NCBI GenBank assembly: GCA_002633005.1
Contig: NMRA01000091.1
Location: 701,062 to 765,061, forward strand
Direction of reading: 5' to 3'
Source: Phoronis australis
Lineage: Eukaryota > Animalia > Phoronida
DNA: 64,000 bases
Below are positions 1-13,762 of the stretch, one piece after another. The translations under genes were made by a program, and so were the position numbers. The notes below the pieces were generated by a model that ran no database searches, was not told the origin of the DNA, and saw only the letters and a program-made list of their open reading frames with translations. Every line of letters begins with the position of its first letter. The stretch's first letter is position 1.

Positions 1-110
1 TCACGACATCAATGAGAGACACGAAAAAGTGCATAGTTTTCAAAACGAAGTCACGTGCTTTCTTATCTCCGGGACAAATGAGAGTTCTATCGCCGTGTAA
101 TCCAGGACGG
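1..110. repeat. Dispersed repeat fragment, inverted copy of about 37654-37762
   Basis: Its reverse complement (ccgtcctggattacacggcgatagaactctcatttgtcccggagataagaa...ttttcgtgtctctcattgatgt) aligns by eye with 37654-37760. Confidence 0.75.
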
Positions 111-549
111 TCAGACACTTTGATATTGGTCGGGCAGACAGAGTGTCCCTTCTGTCCCACGATTATCGAGGACGGGTGTCCATTTTCCTTTTGATTGCAC
201 TGAACTTAGAGAAAAGCATATTGATAAGTACCTTTCAACTTACGCATTTAAATATTTTCCAATATTTAAACGCGTTTAAAAATGTTGTTTTTGCATGAAT
301 GACCCATAGAATTTATTACAGAAATAAAATCAATTTGATTTGGTTTGACTTCTCGGACACATAACAGCCACAAAGCTTTGGAGTTTCAGAGCCCGTTGCT
401 TTAGTGACATTGGTAGACGCAACGTATTGCGCACAGTGGCGGATCTAGGATATCACAAGGGGGGGGGCAACATTTTGTCCGGCTGTAAGCAATTGCGCAA
501 ACTGAACCACGATTGTAGATGCGCATAGCACCGAATGGGGGGAGGTCGG

Positions 550-613
550 AACAGAAAAAGTTCCTGGGCGGGAGGGGGGCAAACCCCCCTCCCGCCCAGG
601 AACTTTTTCTGTT
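550..613. repeat. Perfect 30-bp inverted repeat with CAAA loop
   Basis: 550-579 aacagaaaaagttcctgggcgggagggggg is the exact reverse complement of 584-613. Confidence 0.9.
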
Positions 614-2579
614 TTTACCTCTAAAAANGTAGCTGAGTGCGTCGCGACCATGGGAGGTTGTCTCGTTCTTTTCAGAGCACACCCTCTGGTATGTTGACGT
701 GTTCATGTACGTTATATAAGCTCCCGTGAAAACCGTGGAGGTTGAACTAGTGGGTCAGATAAGGATATATGCTGAAATTCATTAATTCTGCTATTATTCA
801 TTGTCATTGCATAGTAGACTGGCACACTTGTCACTACTAACAGAAGTTAGAAGCATAAAAATGTAGTTAATGGTCCTAAACACACAAACATTAAGTAGTC
901 TAGCAATAGTTTTATAATGACTGACATTATCGCTTTTGGCGGTGCCATTCAGCAATGACTGCCATCGACGGCATCGTATAGTCGTGCGGAGTGTTCAATT
1001 ATTTCGGAGGGTGTTTGTTGCTATGAAATTAGGATTATACCCACTCTTTAGTATAATCAGCAAGATAAAACCTCACCCTTTTGTGAGTTGGCACAGTCAT
1101 TAAAACTGACCCATTTTGGTTAGAGCCTCAATGGAATAGTCAACTTTTCTGATAACATAATTATGCAAAGTCATTATTTACAGGGAATTGAATTTCAGCA
1201 AAAAGCTGGATTGTATTCTTTTTAACACAAGAAGCCTCAGTTGTATGTGAAACATTCAGTGGTTATGGTGTAAAAATGGATCATTTTATACAGTTCAAAC
1301 CTAAAAGTAATAATTTTTGTGTGGAATTTATTTGTAAATTCGCCCTTTCATGGTGACTTTTGCAGTGCCTGAGTCAGTGGTCAGAGGGGCACATTTGGTC
1401 ATATGCAATCTATGCAAGTGTCCTCTCTCTCGTGGACTCCGACTCGTCGACTGTTTCATTATTTTTTTTGCTTTCCACATTCACATGATGTCAAGTGTTG
1501 CAGTTTGCAACAATCATCTATTAATTTCAGTCTAATTGCAAAACCAGAACCATTCTAAAACATTCAGAAACTACTATTGTCGTCTTGGAGTTAGACTTTG
1601 TAAGCAATCGAACTTTAAAAACCTGGTTCGTTGAAATGACTAGTTGCAAAAACATCTCACATTTCAAAATTGGGAGGTCAGGGTACTTCAAAGATTTTAA
1701 GTTGGGTCACTTAACCCAAATCGACGGTTTCTTGTGTGTTAGGTTGGTTGGATTGTTATCCAGGCAATAGTAACTCGCTGGCAATCCGCATTTTGAGAAC
1801 ATCTTTTAATGCCTGCTATTCAGTGAAAAACAGGTTCGTGTTATACAGTAGAAAACACTGGTTCTCAAAGTGGGGGTGCCCTGTATGTTATTATTACCAT
1901 TATGTTTTGCTCAGTGTTTTGAGCAACATTCTAGTGTTTCATTCTTGTGGTTATGATCTACGTAATACAGCAGTGATTTTAGTCAACATTTCGGTCTTTT
2001 CGAACAGTTTTTCAAAATTACAAATTTGACTCTTACTGAGGGGGCCTCCTCGTGGCAAGAGTTGGGCAGTGTGAAATGCTTCAGAACATTCGCACTGGCA
2101 AACACCCTCACGTTGACATCATTAATGTGTTCCTAGAAATAGTTTACTCATAAGCTACAAAACACACAACATGCCAAGAAATTTATCTAACCATCGGGAA
2201 CTTTATTTTGCTGATGTATTGATTACAAATATGGTTTAGTTTAGCGATAGACTGAAGTACTACGTCTGGGCATTAACATAGCCGTGGGCGCACAACAGGG
2301 CTATCCCCTCCTCGTTGCAAACCCTTCCCCTGATAGAAACTCATTCCAGTTTTGTTCTTGCCTAGCGTCCCTGTCCCTGTCCCCTGTTCATGCAGTGCCT
2401 CAAAGTTGCCTTACATTACAGTCATTGGTTGCCAACAATTTCAAGTTTAGCAACCTCTTGAATAATTCTGACTACACCAGTGTTGCTACGTGGGAATAGG
2501 TTACTAAAGACCCGACTGCCATTCAAGTTGCACATTCACTGCCTTGTGAAAGCATAAACCATTATAAAATTAACACCTG

Positions 2580-2850
2580 GGCCCTGGGATTCAACTTTTT
2601 ACTCAGAATTATTTGTTATTTTCTATTCTAGTTTTGTTTGAATTCGAGATAAGTTTCTTTTAGTCTATACTTGAGTACTTATTGATGGCAATTAATGATC
2701 CCTGCATTACAGCTAAAAGTTTGAGTCTGAGTTCGAGGTTTTACTAGAAATCTTGAGTTTTTACTCAAATTTTAGCTATCTTGATCTCGCAAGGAAGTGG
2801 ACTAGAAATGACAAAAACAATTTCGAGTTTGATTTGAAATGAAAGTTTCA
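2580..2850. mobile_element. Diverged relative of the 11812-12213 MITE, nested in the large element
   Basis: Begins CTG-GGCCC...tttttactc and shares ttttctattcta, gagataagt and gagtttttactc motifs with the reverse complement of 11812-12213. Confidence 0.5.
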
Positions 2851-4984
2851 CTTTGACTAGAGGTGTATTCCCAAAACATGATCGCATAATCCCTTTTCAG
2901 GGTTTTAAATCAATTCATACAAGATTGGGCTGGAATCTGTTTAGCCCAAAAAGCTTTTAAATGCTATGTGGAGAATAATAAAACATCTGTACTAAACTGT
3001 GTTGAAAAAATGAACCCTTTTGACATTCCTTATCCACAAATTGTACCAATTTTCAAGCTGCTATATACCCAAACTCTTTTTAGAACTGTCATGTAAGAAC
3101 ATAAGATTGGTCTGGTACAAACAATGTTGTTTTTGGTCAAATTAGTAGCAAAAATCACAAGCACTCACATGAAGATTGGCATTGGATTTGGATACTAGTG
3201 TCTGATGTCAATCTTCATGAGTGTGCTCGTGATTGGACTCTTCATCTTGTACTGTTCTTTACTGAGATTACATGTGGTATATTGGCTTCGGTTGAACGGA
3301 TAGTTTGTTATTGCTTAAGACCTGGTGCAATAACCATGGCTTTGAGCAATAGCGAAGTTTGAATTCTTCCAAGTCCACTAAGGAACAAGTTGAGACAGGG
3401 ACATATACAGGGCTTGGAATTTTCCTTGATTGTTTTTATTTCCTTTTATTTGATTTCCAGCTTCTTTTTTATCATCATTTTTTGGATTGATTCATGCAAA
3501 AACATTTATTTCAGTTTAATTTTACAACACAAAAATATTTTTATCACACAAGCCTATTTGTGAAATGATAGATCACCTGGAAAATTTTCCTCTTATTGTC
3601 ATTTCAATTCCTGTATATAGTGGTAAGTTGTTCAGATCAAAATTTATTCTTTTTCACATAAGACGCATTTATAGCAACTTAAAGGGATTTAATTCGAAGG
3701 AAATCTGGAAGCTAGAAGACACCATCTGATAAGCGCATTCTGAAATCAACAATTGTGCTTGTACTTTCCAAGATGTTCAACACACATTGTTAGGTATAGG
3801 GATAGGGTTCAATCCACCATCCTTGGGCTTTCAGAGTACCCTCCTAAAACCATTCCAAGGGGGTACTCCCACAGGTTTATACAAGACACGACACTCAACT
3901 GGGTGATTTTTCTCAAACAATTTCTCTTCAAAATGGTGCTTAAAAAATCCCTACCGAACCAAACTTTTTTCCCATGAATACAACGGGTTTCACTCTGGAA
4001 GTTAAAAACACTGCAAATGGTACTTTTTCCTACTGCAAAAGGGGTTAATACGATACCTGTCTTTTTAAAACCTTGGACGCCAGACTCATTTTTGACAACA
4101 GGAATCTCTGAGCCGAATTCTTCAAGCTTAATGAGTGAAAAAAACAGCTGTCCAAGAATTATTGCGAAAGGATTCATTTGTTAGCATTAGCTCTGATAAA
4201 AAGATTGTGCATTTGAAACATTAGGCCACACTTTTATTGAAGTCTAAACCTCGGACCACAAACATAATGTTTTTTAGCCACCGTCTAAATGAGTGGAGAT
4301 TCTTCTAGTACTCGATTATGTAGAAAACTAAAGGTTAGGGCCCATTTGGAACACCTCTCGTGTATTTTCGTAGCTACAAATTTACCCTCGGAACATTTGG
4401 AGCACCTCGGCTATTTTCCTATTTTAATTTACAAATTTTTCTTAGAAACACTTCAGGTATTTTCGTAGCCTCAAATCTCCTCTCGGAGATGAACGTTATC
4501 CAAAATATGGCAAGTCACGTGATTTTCAATCTTGACAATAATAGGCAAACTGAAGTCCGCACACATGCAGAGAGCATTCACCTATTAGGTGAAATTTGAG
4601 GTTACAAAAACACACGAGGTGTTCTGGATGCCCTTGGAAGTTAATGTTTTCAGTGCATGCTCGAACTTTATGGCCAATCATTCTCCACTAAGTTTGATAA
4701 TCACGCAAGTTAAATTCACCTTCAATGAGAAAGTTGAGGCTCCCAATATACCCAAGGTGATCTGAATGGTTGTGTGGGGTCCCACATCAAAAAGGGAAAT
4801 GGGGAAGAAAAAAATAGTATCAACGATGTGAGGGGTGTAGCTTGAGAATCGTGGCTACCTGGAGGGTCGAAAATTGTGGTGTTCTAGGGTATGAATACTG
4901 TGTAGGCTGTGAAGTGGTGGAAATTGGGTGCCGGCAGTGTCTACTGTAACACTGTACATAGATGGATAGGGGAAGGGGGGNNNN

Positions 4985-5124
4985 GGGGTGGCGGCAAGGG
5001 GGCCATGGCCCTGCCTAAAATTCTCCCACATTCCATTTGGCAGCTTGGTGGTGCAACTGTTTGACGGGAAAAATACTCTGCCCTTGCCCCTACCACCTAT
5101 CTCAAAATCCTGGATCATCCCCTC
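4985..5124. mobile_element. Short GGCGGAT-family MITE copy (nested)
   Basis: ccatggccctgcctaaaattctcccacattccatttggca...gacgggaaaaat...caaaatcctggatc is homologous to 61695-61839. Confidence 0.7.
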
Positions 5125-5494
5125 CTGTAAGATCTTACAGCAGGGGAGGATCCAGGATTTCGGGACGTTTTCAATTCATAAAAAGCGTTCAAACAATGAA
5201 ACTGAAAAAATGCCAAGTGAAAAGAGTGAAGCCAATGTTAATTCAGGTTTATTTTCCTAGTAAGGAATCGATAATTACATGATTTTACTACAGTTTATTG
5301 GTAATATCACAACATATAAACAGCCACCTCACCAGAGAGTTCCCCCCGACCGCAAACGCGACCCAGTCGCAAAATAACTTTTACTCTCGCGACACCTAGC
5401 GACCTGATAACGTAATACCGGATGTTAGCATGCGCAGAGCAAACTTCCTGGTTAAAAATTGCCAGCTGACAGCCAATGAAAACCATCGTTCTAG

Positions 5495-5560
5495 TGCCCT
5501 GTACCTGGGCCTTCACAAGCAATCCGTGACGTCAGCTTGTGAGGCCCGGGAACCAGGTTA
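5495..5560. mobile_element. Small hairpin element ending GGAACCAGGTTA; related copy near 52600-52666
   Basis: tccgtgacgtcagcttgtgaggcccgggaaccaggtta is nearly identical to 52630-52666. It has an internal inverted repeat and a partial relative at 23660-23674. Confidence 0.55.
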
Positions 5561-5916
5561 AGTGGAGCAGACAACGAAAACGGAGTCGTAGTGCGCAGCG
5601 CCACTGCCGGTCGCCTGGGATATCGCGGGAGAGCCTATACTTAGCCATAGTTCCGTTGCGAATGCGCCGTGTTCCGAATTTGACACTTGAAATTGGGGTT
5701 TGAGCCCCCCCTCCCCAAACACTAAAACTGCACACATTTAAATCTTTTTTCATCCGTATAATTTTGATTACTGGGGTTAATTAATAAACTCACCATTTTC
5801 CTACGCTCTTACTGTTTTATTTTTTTGCGGCAGCCAAGGGGGGGGGCGCCCCCCCTAAATCCGCCTATGGCGCATATAGAAATGAAGTTAACAAATAATT
5901 TGTGAAGAAGTAATCC

Positions 5917-5922
5917 TTTATT
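5917..5922 (-). promoter_or_regulatory. Candidate polyadenylation signal AATAAA of the GPCR
   Basis: tttatt on + strand, about 830 nt downstream of the stop codon, followed by T-rich sequence on the - strand. Confidence 0.45.
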
Positions 5923-6753
5923 AGACTAAGTACAGAATAGAAAGTTTACGAAATTACATACGAGACAAAACTGACAACAAAACCATTGCCACAGCCAGGA
6001 TAGCACCAAGGGACCTACATTCACGACGCTGGCATTGACTTTGAATGACGGTGGTCGTCAAATCTAAAGAAGTATATAAATTGAACCGCTTTTTAAGTTA
6101 CGTTTAGTAAAAACACAGATCCCGAATACCTTGTTCTGTTTAATTACTGGTTCCCTGGTAAGTATTTGCACAGTCTATATCTGTAATTGGTATTTGCTCA
6201 ATACTTCTCCATGACAACCAGGAATCTGTATATTTACTTAAATATTAAATCCAAAAATGGTATGTTTCCCTTTTACAAATCGACAGATAAAAGTGTACGT
6301 GCGTTGAAGGGGGTACATTGTATCACTATGGAAAAATCTCAAGGTTCTTTCCAACCAGCAAAAGACAGATGACGGTATTTTTTGAATTTGACAATCATAT
6401 TTGATTAATTATCCCCCGCCACGTAGAGACAATTTTGTCCGTGTTGTTGTTAGCCTGGCGATGACAGTGAGCACGACAATATCAAAACAAACCCAGACAT
6501 CAAAGAACTGAACGATATTGCACTTTCCGCAACGTTGTTTAGTCAGTTAATTGCTGATATCAACACCATTATCTTCCAAAACAGTATTCTACGTCCTGTG
6601 AATAATTTGAAGAATAGGTACACATTACTGTCAATATTTCCCGCAGCATTATTGATTCTACAATGTCGTTTCGCTGATTACGTGTCATTTACAGAAGGCA
6701 ACATTATCTACATGTACCATAGCGAATGAGACTAGAAACCATCTTGTCCAAGC

Positions 6754-7253
6754 TCACTTCCCGTCTACAGCATCGACAAGATCACCAATAAAACACCGCG
6801 AACAGTTACCATTCTCAAAGGAATTTCGTTGGCACTGGCCAGTAGCCACAGATTCACTGAAGTCATGAGCATTAGAATTGGGTAATAAAGGATTATTCAC
6901 ACAAGGGATTTTGTCGCACGTTACTGGTGGTTGGTTTTCGTCCGGCACTTCCGGCTCACGTTTCGCGTTAACAGCTGGACTCGATGCCTCATGTCCATCA
7001 AAGTACACCTGATTCATTGGAATAAAATGTTCGCTCTTCGAACGCAGGTATAATTTCCATGTACCGTTGGAATTTTTACGTCCCACTGCTGAAGTTTGCT
7101 GTAAATATTTTACTAAAGACGCTCTAGACACGCGGTTGGGTCCAACAAACGAAGCGCTTTGTCTGCCGCGGACGGAATTGGAACTTCTAAACGAAGAGCG
7201 GAGCAACGTACTTATACGTCTCAGAGGATTTGGAGATTCTTCTCGAAGTGTAT
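6754..7253 (-). CDS. GPCR coding exon 3 (Ser-rich cytoplasmic tail to stop)
   Basis: Acceptor ttattcattacag|AT; the phase-1 G from exon 2 completes GAT and continues in the long ORF (DTLREESP...VDGK*). Total 1503 nt, about 500 aa. Additional small exons inside the 11.6-kb intron cannot be excluded. Confidence 0.75.
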
Positions 7254-9373
7254 CTGTAATGAATAAGCAATAACTCGTGATAAACACGACACACATTAAC
7301 AACTTCAACTGAAGCAAAATCACTAGGGCACGCCGGACGTAGACATCAACAGAACTGCAAGCATTGTGATAAGGGGTGACTTCAGCGCGAACAAAACCTG
7401 CCACGGTATCGCCTTAAGAGACTGGTTGAGACCAGTGTTACAACGGTAAATGACCTGGGTGATGTTACCGGAAGGCGTCTTTAAAACATTTAACGTCATG
7501 TACGCACGAGCTCTACACATTTGGTAATCATTTAGAAAGCGTTGTCAATAAAATATCTGTCAGAAAAGTGGTTTGTACATATTTACAATTAACCACAGAT
7601 CATCATAGAACAAGTACGGTGTCGGCTGGACCAGTTTAAAAGTCATTATTGGTCCAAGTTGAGGAGTGGTGTGCAACTGAACGTTTCGCACCTTTTAAGA
7701 CCGAAGCATAGGCCAAGATCCGAATCAAACACATAGAAAGCAATGCTGCCACATCTGATGTTTGTGCCTGCAACTGCTTGGATTTAACCCTGTGTTTTTT
7801 GAAATTATCGTGAACATTTCACATTCCCCACAAACGTTAGCTCGAAAATAGTTGTTGAATATTATTTTGCTCATGCCTAGAAATTCAACACCCGTGAACA
7901 ACACAGCCTCTCATAATATTCACTGTACCTCTCGGGCTCACCAGCTCTTGACAGTTCGCGGTTTTCGATTACACCAGCTCAAACTAATGTTCACAAACTG
8001 AAACAGTTTGGGCAAAATGGATGAACGATTTTATAACCTTAAGTTAGTACTGGAACCTATAATGAGCAGTGTCGAATTGGCTTATCAATACAGACGTGAA
8101 CAGTTTACTGGGCAAAGGAACCATAATGGCTGGGCTATTGATATTTTAACTGCTACGAGAAAGACAGAAAGAATATCAGACGTTGGCTAGTAGCAGATTT
8201 AGGAATGAAAATTGAGTTACGAAGCGTCGGTTTTGCGAAACGGAAGATATAACTGTGCATTGTGCATTATATACTGAACCTCCAAATATCACGTGCCGAT
8301 GATATCAAAATACTATTTATATTTGAGGGGCCCAGTTTGCCCGAAAGTCTTGAAGCAGTCGTTGACTAACTTGTAAAACATTTGAATATAATTTTCGAGT
8401 GCAAGATTATTTACTTTGAAAAACTTTGATTTTGCGTTATTTTTTATTTTTTGTTTGCATTTAATAATAGCACGCGACATCAAATTCCATACACCATAAA
8501 AAACAACAAAACGCAAGTGTAGACAGAAGGTGAGACTAAAGAGACATCGTTTTTGCAGCAGTGGAATTTGGCTACCGCACCGGTAGTGGGTGCGATTCTA
8601 CGCTAATGCTAATTTCTTTAAAATTTGTTTTCTCGCCGAGATATCCCTTTAATTCAAATTCAATTTGAATTTATTAAAGAAGTAACTTCTTGCCTTGGAC
8701 GCAGGCGTTCGCATTTCCCTAGTGGTGAACAAATAAACTCACGCGCCTGTGGTCTTGTGATGTTCACATTCCCAAAACTTATTTCACAATCCTGTTCAAC
8801 GTAACATAATCGTCATCTAGCTAATGCAGCGGGGTAATCGTAATTTTAAAATTTTGACGCGCTTTTGAGAAAGTCAAATTGCGCAGGCATTCTGATGTGA
8901 CGCTGTTTGAGCTAAAACCAAAGTCGGCGACACCGTAATTATTTTCTCATTTAAGAGACAACGACAATAAGGATCAAAATAAAATATGAAAGAAAAAAAT
9001 TAATGGTGCAACTTTTTGCCGTGTAGAAGCCAAAATTTTTATATTTGAGGTACTCAAAATATAGAAAAAAAACGCTTAGTTGCGCTAATCTAAGGAAATT
9101 AGTAAGCCGAGAGATATAGATAAAGACTTCAAAGGAACTTATTGATATTACAGCTGAAAATGCCCCTTTGGAATTATCGTTGGCCTGAGACAGAATTTTT
9201 GGAGTTGTTAGCTTTGACCAAAGTGTAAAACAACACAATCCTTTCTGCTTTGTCTGATTTCATAACAAATTTCCAATTCTCGCCGTTGTCTGCTACACAT
9301 TCGATGAAATAAAAGACGGTGATTTTTTTCAGTCAAATACCCTTAAATCATAGTAATACGAGTAGGATTTAGC

Positions 9374-9440
9374 CCCGACAGCAGAGCGGTTGACTGCGGC
9401 CGCGGGAGATCCAGATTCCACTCCGCGCTGAGGCTGACCC
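9374..9440 (+). mobile_element. Degenerate tRNA-derived SINE head
   Basis: A-box-like cagcagagcgg and B-box-like agattccactcc at tRNA-like spacing; no complete cloverleaf. Confidence 0.4.
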
Positions 9441-11811
9441 TGAATTTACTTTTCTCGCCCACAATGTCCTTTTAAATTATAAGACTGAGTTTGCTCAGCG
9501 AAATTAATCCATTTTTCAATCCCAGTTTAATTACAAGTGACATTTCAGTAACCCACGTAAATTGAACATTTTGGGGGAGGTGCCTTTGCTGCTGTAACGG
9601 ATAATTCAGTAATCCCCACATTTTTGCAGAGTTGAAGTCCGCAAAGTCTAAAATTCAAATAAGTAAATTTAAAACATCAACAATAAATTTAAGCTGTGTT
9701 GAACTCCCTCAAACAATGTTGCGCCAAACCGAAATTATACGTATATCCAACAAGCTAATTTGAAGTCGTTAGAAACAGTGTTAGCATAATTTCCCAAAAA
9801 TGTCAATGAATTCCGGTCTAACCAACTCAACTCGACGTAAAATTATTTCATTCCGATCACACGCCTCTGAATTAGCATTATCTCAATTGAACCAAATATG
9901 GATGTAAGTGTCGTGCAATATTTCCCAAATATTCGCTCAAACTGAAGTGCTCTCTGAATCTTGTGTCACGTAATTGAGCAAGTCTGCTTCAACGGTCAGT
10001 ATAATATTCTTAATGATGATCTCATTTCAAGACCTGAGCTCACCCTTTCGCTTCAATTTCAGCCCGAGTCTCGTGTTTTTGTGCAATATACACAAAGGCA
10101 CGTGACCAAAGATAATCATTTTGTTCGTCTCAGGTGGATTTTCTTTTATGAAATTAAAGTGATCAATTAAAAATGGCTAACCAATGATTCGATTTTCAAA
10201 AAATATAGAAGGTTAACGAATTGATAGGTTTTAAGGTCACGTGACATTACTCACGTACGCGAGAGCCGCATTTCTAACATAATACTTATTATTCTGTCCG
10301 TGCGATTACCAGACCAAGCGTTTTACTATCACCCAATAATTGTTTAGTGTTGGTAGCCGAATGCCTCATGTAGAGATTAATCAACTATTTCCCCATAGAC
10401 TTCGTTTCGTAGAAGGTGCTAGATCGAAACTGCACACCAGTAACGTTATGTGAAATGTTAACCATGAATGTACATACAGAATTGTAGCATCGTGATGCAC
10501 CGTCCCTGTTCATCGGGCACCAAGCCAAGTGCTCCTGCAAATTACAAGATTAGCAATACAACAGAAGTACAAAAGCAAGCAGGGTGAGAGCACACGAAGC
10601 AGCGAAAGATTAACTAAAACACATCAGAATTAACAGACTTTTTCACGCAGTTTTATAGAGAAAACGTCGAGGGAAATGAGAGAGCAGTTCGCAAGGAGGT
10701 CGTATATGTTTTTATAAATGGTTTTAAACATCAAATGCCCAAACAGGTCTCGTCAGGTCAGTACGAAAAAATCTAAACCGCTTAGAAATATAGAGGATGT
10801 TGTTTTGAATGGGGAGAGATTTCTCTAAATTATCAATAAAGAGAAAATGCTCACAAATACATTTATGACAACGGGAATGACAATTGACAAACGATAATTA
10901 CCAGAATTTACTTACTCAACTTATTGGAGTATTATGCCAAAATATGCCCTACAAAAAAGCAACAGTGGCCACGGCTGCTAAAGCAGGAGAATTTCGATCC
11001 AAGCCGGTGCCAAAAAGCTAAAATAAAATAGTGGACTAAACCTAAATAACCAATGGGACGGAATGACTGCGGTATTTCTTCCTCTGTTTTTGAATTAATG
11101 AACCACCGTGTAGTGGATTTCTGTCCATCAAATCTGAATTGGAGTCAATCGGAAGTCACGACAATCGTGCTCTCATTATTCTAGAGAGCGCCAACATGGC
11201 GGCCATATTGAATCTAATCCCACCGCGACAACCGGTCTGATATGAAGCAATAACGATACGTCAGCTCCTCTCAAGGGTAGACACCATTTCTAATCTAAGT
11301 AAGATATAAAATACAATCGATTTCATAATGAGTGGCATAAGTCAAAAGTTGTTTTTGACAGAATGTATAAGTTTTTGTCCTTTAAAATGGTTGTCACGGC
11401 AACATTTCTTAAAATATCAACTCCATGGGCTGATAAGAAATTATATTTTAAATTTGACAAATGCAACTGGAAGTGATCCCCATCTTGAATATGCTCGTCA
11501 CAACCCTGTATCCGCGGATACCAAATTAGGTTGGCTATATACAGACAAAATAGTGGTAAGAATGATAATTGCAAGAATTCGGACTCAAATCACCCATGAT
11601 CACGTGAAATCATTTGCAATGAAAACGATAAAATACCGTTTATTCGTTTTGGTTTTGATAATGTAAGTTTACGGTCACAACGAATTATCACTTTTAATAT
11701 CACGCATTCGAAATTATTCAGTTTGGTGTTTCATTATTTCCACGTCGGTCTTTTCAGAAAACGACCATTTGCTGACTGGCTGCTTTCGATTAACTTCGCC
11801 AGTTCAACCTG

Positions 11812-12213
11812 GGCCCGGTCTCTAATCTTTGTACTCGAAACGAACTCGAAACTATTTTTGGCAATTTCTCTGCCTCCTTTTGTGCAAACTTAAGATAATT
11901 GGTTATCAGACTGTGCTCGAATACATTATAATTTATGCATAGGAGTTTCTAGTTCAAGTTTGCCCTTGAAGATCCTTATATTCGTGCTACAAACTCGAGT
12001 AAAAACTCGAAATTTCGAGTTCAAACTCGAACTTATTGCTTTAATATTGGGTTTACAAACTGTGAACTAAGGGCAATAAATTATCTAAGTAAGTTATTGT
12101 GTACTAGAGCATAGAGTAATAGACACTTATCTTGATTTCGTCCAAAAGTAGAGTAGAAAATGCCAAACCTAATTTCGAGTTCCATTTCGAGTAAAAAGAT
12201 TGGAGACCGGGCC
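11812..12213. mobile_element. MITE with CTG TSD (PIF/Harbinger, Nuwa-like)
   Basis: TIRs GGCCCGGTCTC...GAGACCGGGCC with extended ACTCGAAA subrepeats; CTG at 11809-11811 and 12214-12216. Confidence 0.85.
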
Positions 12214-13494
12214 CTGGTCAACTAGCTAAGACGTCTGGCTGGTTTGTAAGCTGGAAGTCGTCAAGAACGATCAGATGCCTTAGCGGGTGGCCCTCGCTGG
12301 TTCCCTGCGTCCCGCTAGGTGGGGCAGTAGCCGCGCCAGCATGCAGGTATCACTTAATTTTCCTCGGTAAATTTTTTACTCCGGCGTTTCTGATTGGCTG
12401 GTCGAATTTTCAACAGGCAGCGCTTTACGCAAACAAACTGGCACGACTGATGGACTGAAGTGTAAATGTGGTCTGTAGTACAGACAAATCGGTGCTTAAA
12501 ATTTATGTTCAGGAAATGTGAAGCCTAGAAATTGTGATTATGACTTTTCGGAATGCATCTTTCTACTGTCGATGACCTTTGTTTACGATAGTGTCCTGTA
12601 CTCATACAGTATGAATAACACATCGGTTAAATCGGCCAGATATGTGTTTATTGTACGTATATGTGCTTCCAGCACGCAACTATTAAACATGACTGCATAA
12701 ACGAAATAGATGCTGCGACGCCACTTGCATGACAAGGCTAAAAATCGTTCACAGTCCGCTATTTTTTAACGGTGTTGTAAAGCTAACCAATGACTGCCGA
12801 GATTACATCGACCAATGCTAAAGCGCGTGCCACTGCGTGATGCCTGCGTAATGGCTGCAGGGAACCAGCGAGCGGACTGACCCAGCGGAACCTACGAAAT
12901 CAATCAAGTGCAAACAATGTGATGGCACTGTGAGTGTTATTGATGAAACGCCTTCATCATGGAACAAATGCACACGCAAACGCTTAGCAATTATAATCCG
13001 CCGCACAACAGGTCAAAATACTGTGAGCACTACTGAATTCATGTTTATGATGTTGTGGACCTCCATCAACGACGCAGTTCTAATGTATGGCAATCCGTCG
13101 ATAACGGTCAGTGCATTGGAAAACGTCACATCTCGTAATTCTGTTGACTACAACTTTACCAATTAAATAAGTGCAGGTAGAAAGTTTTATTGATTTATTA
13201 TCAATTTTGTTTAAAGGCGAAAATTTTGAACAATAAATATTTGTACATCACGTGCACTTTGCGTTGTTCTACGCATACACTAATGGTGCCAGAATCAACA
13301 TTCACGCGCACGAAATGCGCGCAGACTACTTTTCTGTTTTTGAGTGCACACTGCGTCCGTCTTAAGCACATTGTGCGTTCTCACTCTTAGTTACTCGTCG
13401 ATGACGAATAGATTTATCATGCTATATGACAACCCATTTAGGCGCCAACATCTCAAGCGATCACTACATAACATGCACAAGCCAAAGCTATTTT

Positions 13495-13762
13495 GCATCT
13501 TGTCTCGCAGCCACCTATAACATTAGACTGGTGAACATTTGGTAAGATTTCCCATACTAAGCAAACATCTGAGTTGTATTTGTATTTCAACGCGCAATTG
13601 AAATCATTGACTTGCAAAGGAATAGGTTTTTGTGTCAGAAAAATTGCAGAAAATGTGAGAAACGAGATAATTTGAAAAGTTGAAATACGCATACAAATTA
13701 AATCATATCTTTAGTATGATAAAAATCTGACCAATGATAGTGGCTGGATGCGAGACAATTTG
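13495..13762. repeat. Imperfect inverted repeat, probably an old MITE
   Basis: ttgtctcgcagccacctataacattag versus ccaatgatagtggctggatgcgagacaa. Confidence 0.45.

Larger units (their letters stand above)
434..5869. mobile_element. Large non-autonomous DNA transposon, CAGTGGCGGAT family with 5-bp TSD (hAT5-like)
   Basis: Left end CAGTGGCGGATCTAGG; right end CCTAAATCCGCCTATG; GCGCA duplicated at 429-433 and 5870-5874. Short copies at 60934 and 61695 have the same termini and TSD length. Confidence 0.65.

Noticed and set aside
7254-7404. N-terminal part of the 216-aa ORF as an independent gene
   Set aside because: Starts at a non-ATG codon and runs through a splice acceptor; better explained as intron upstream of GPCR exon 3.
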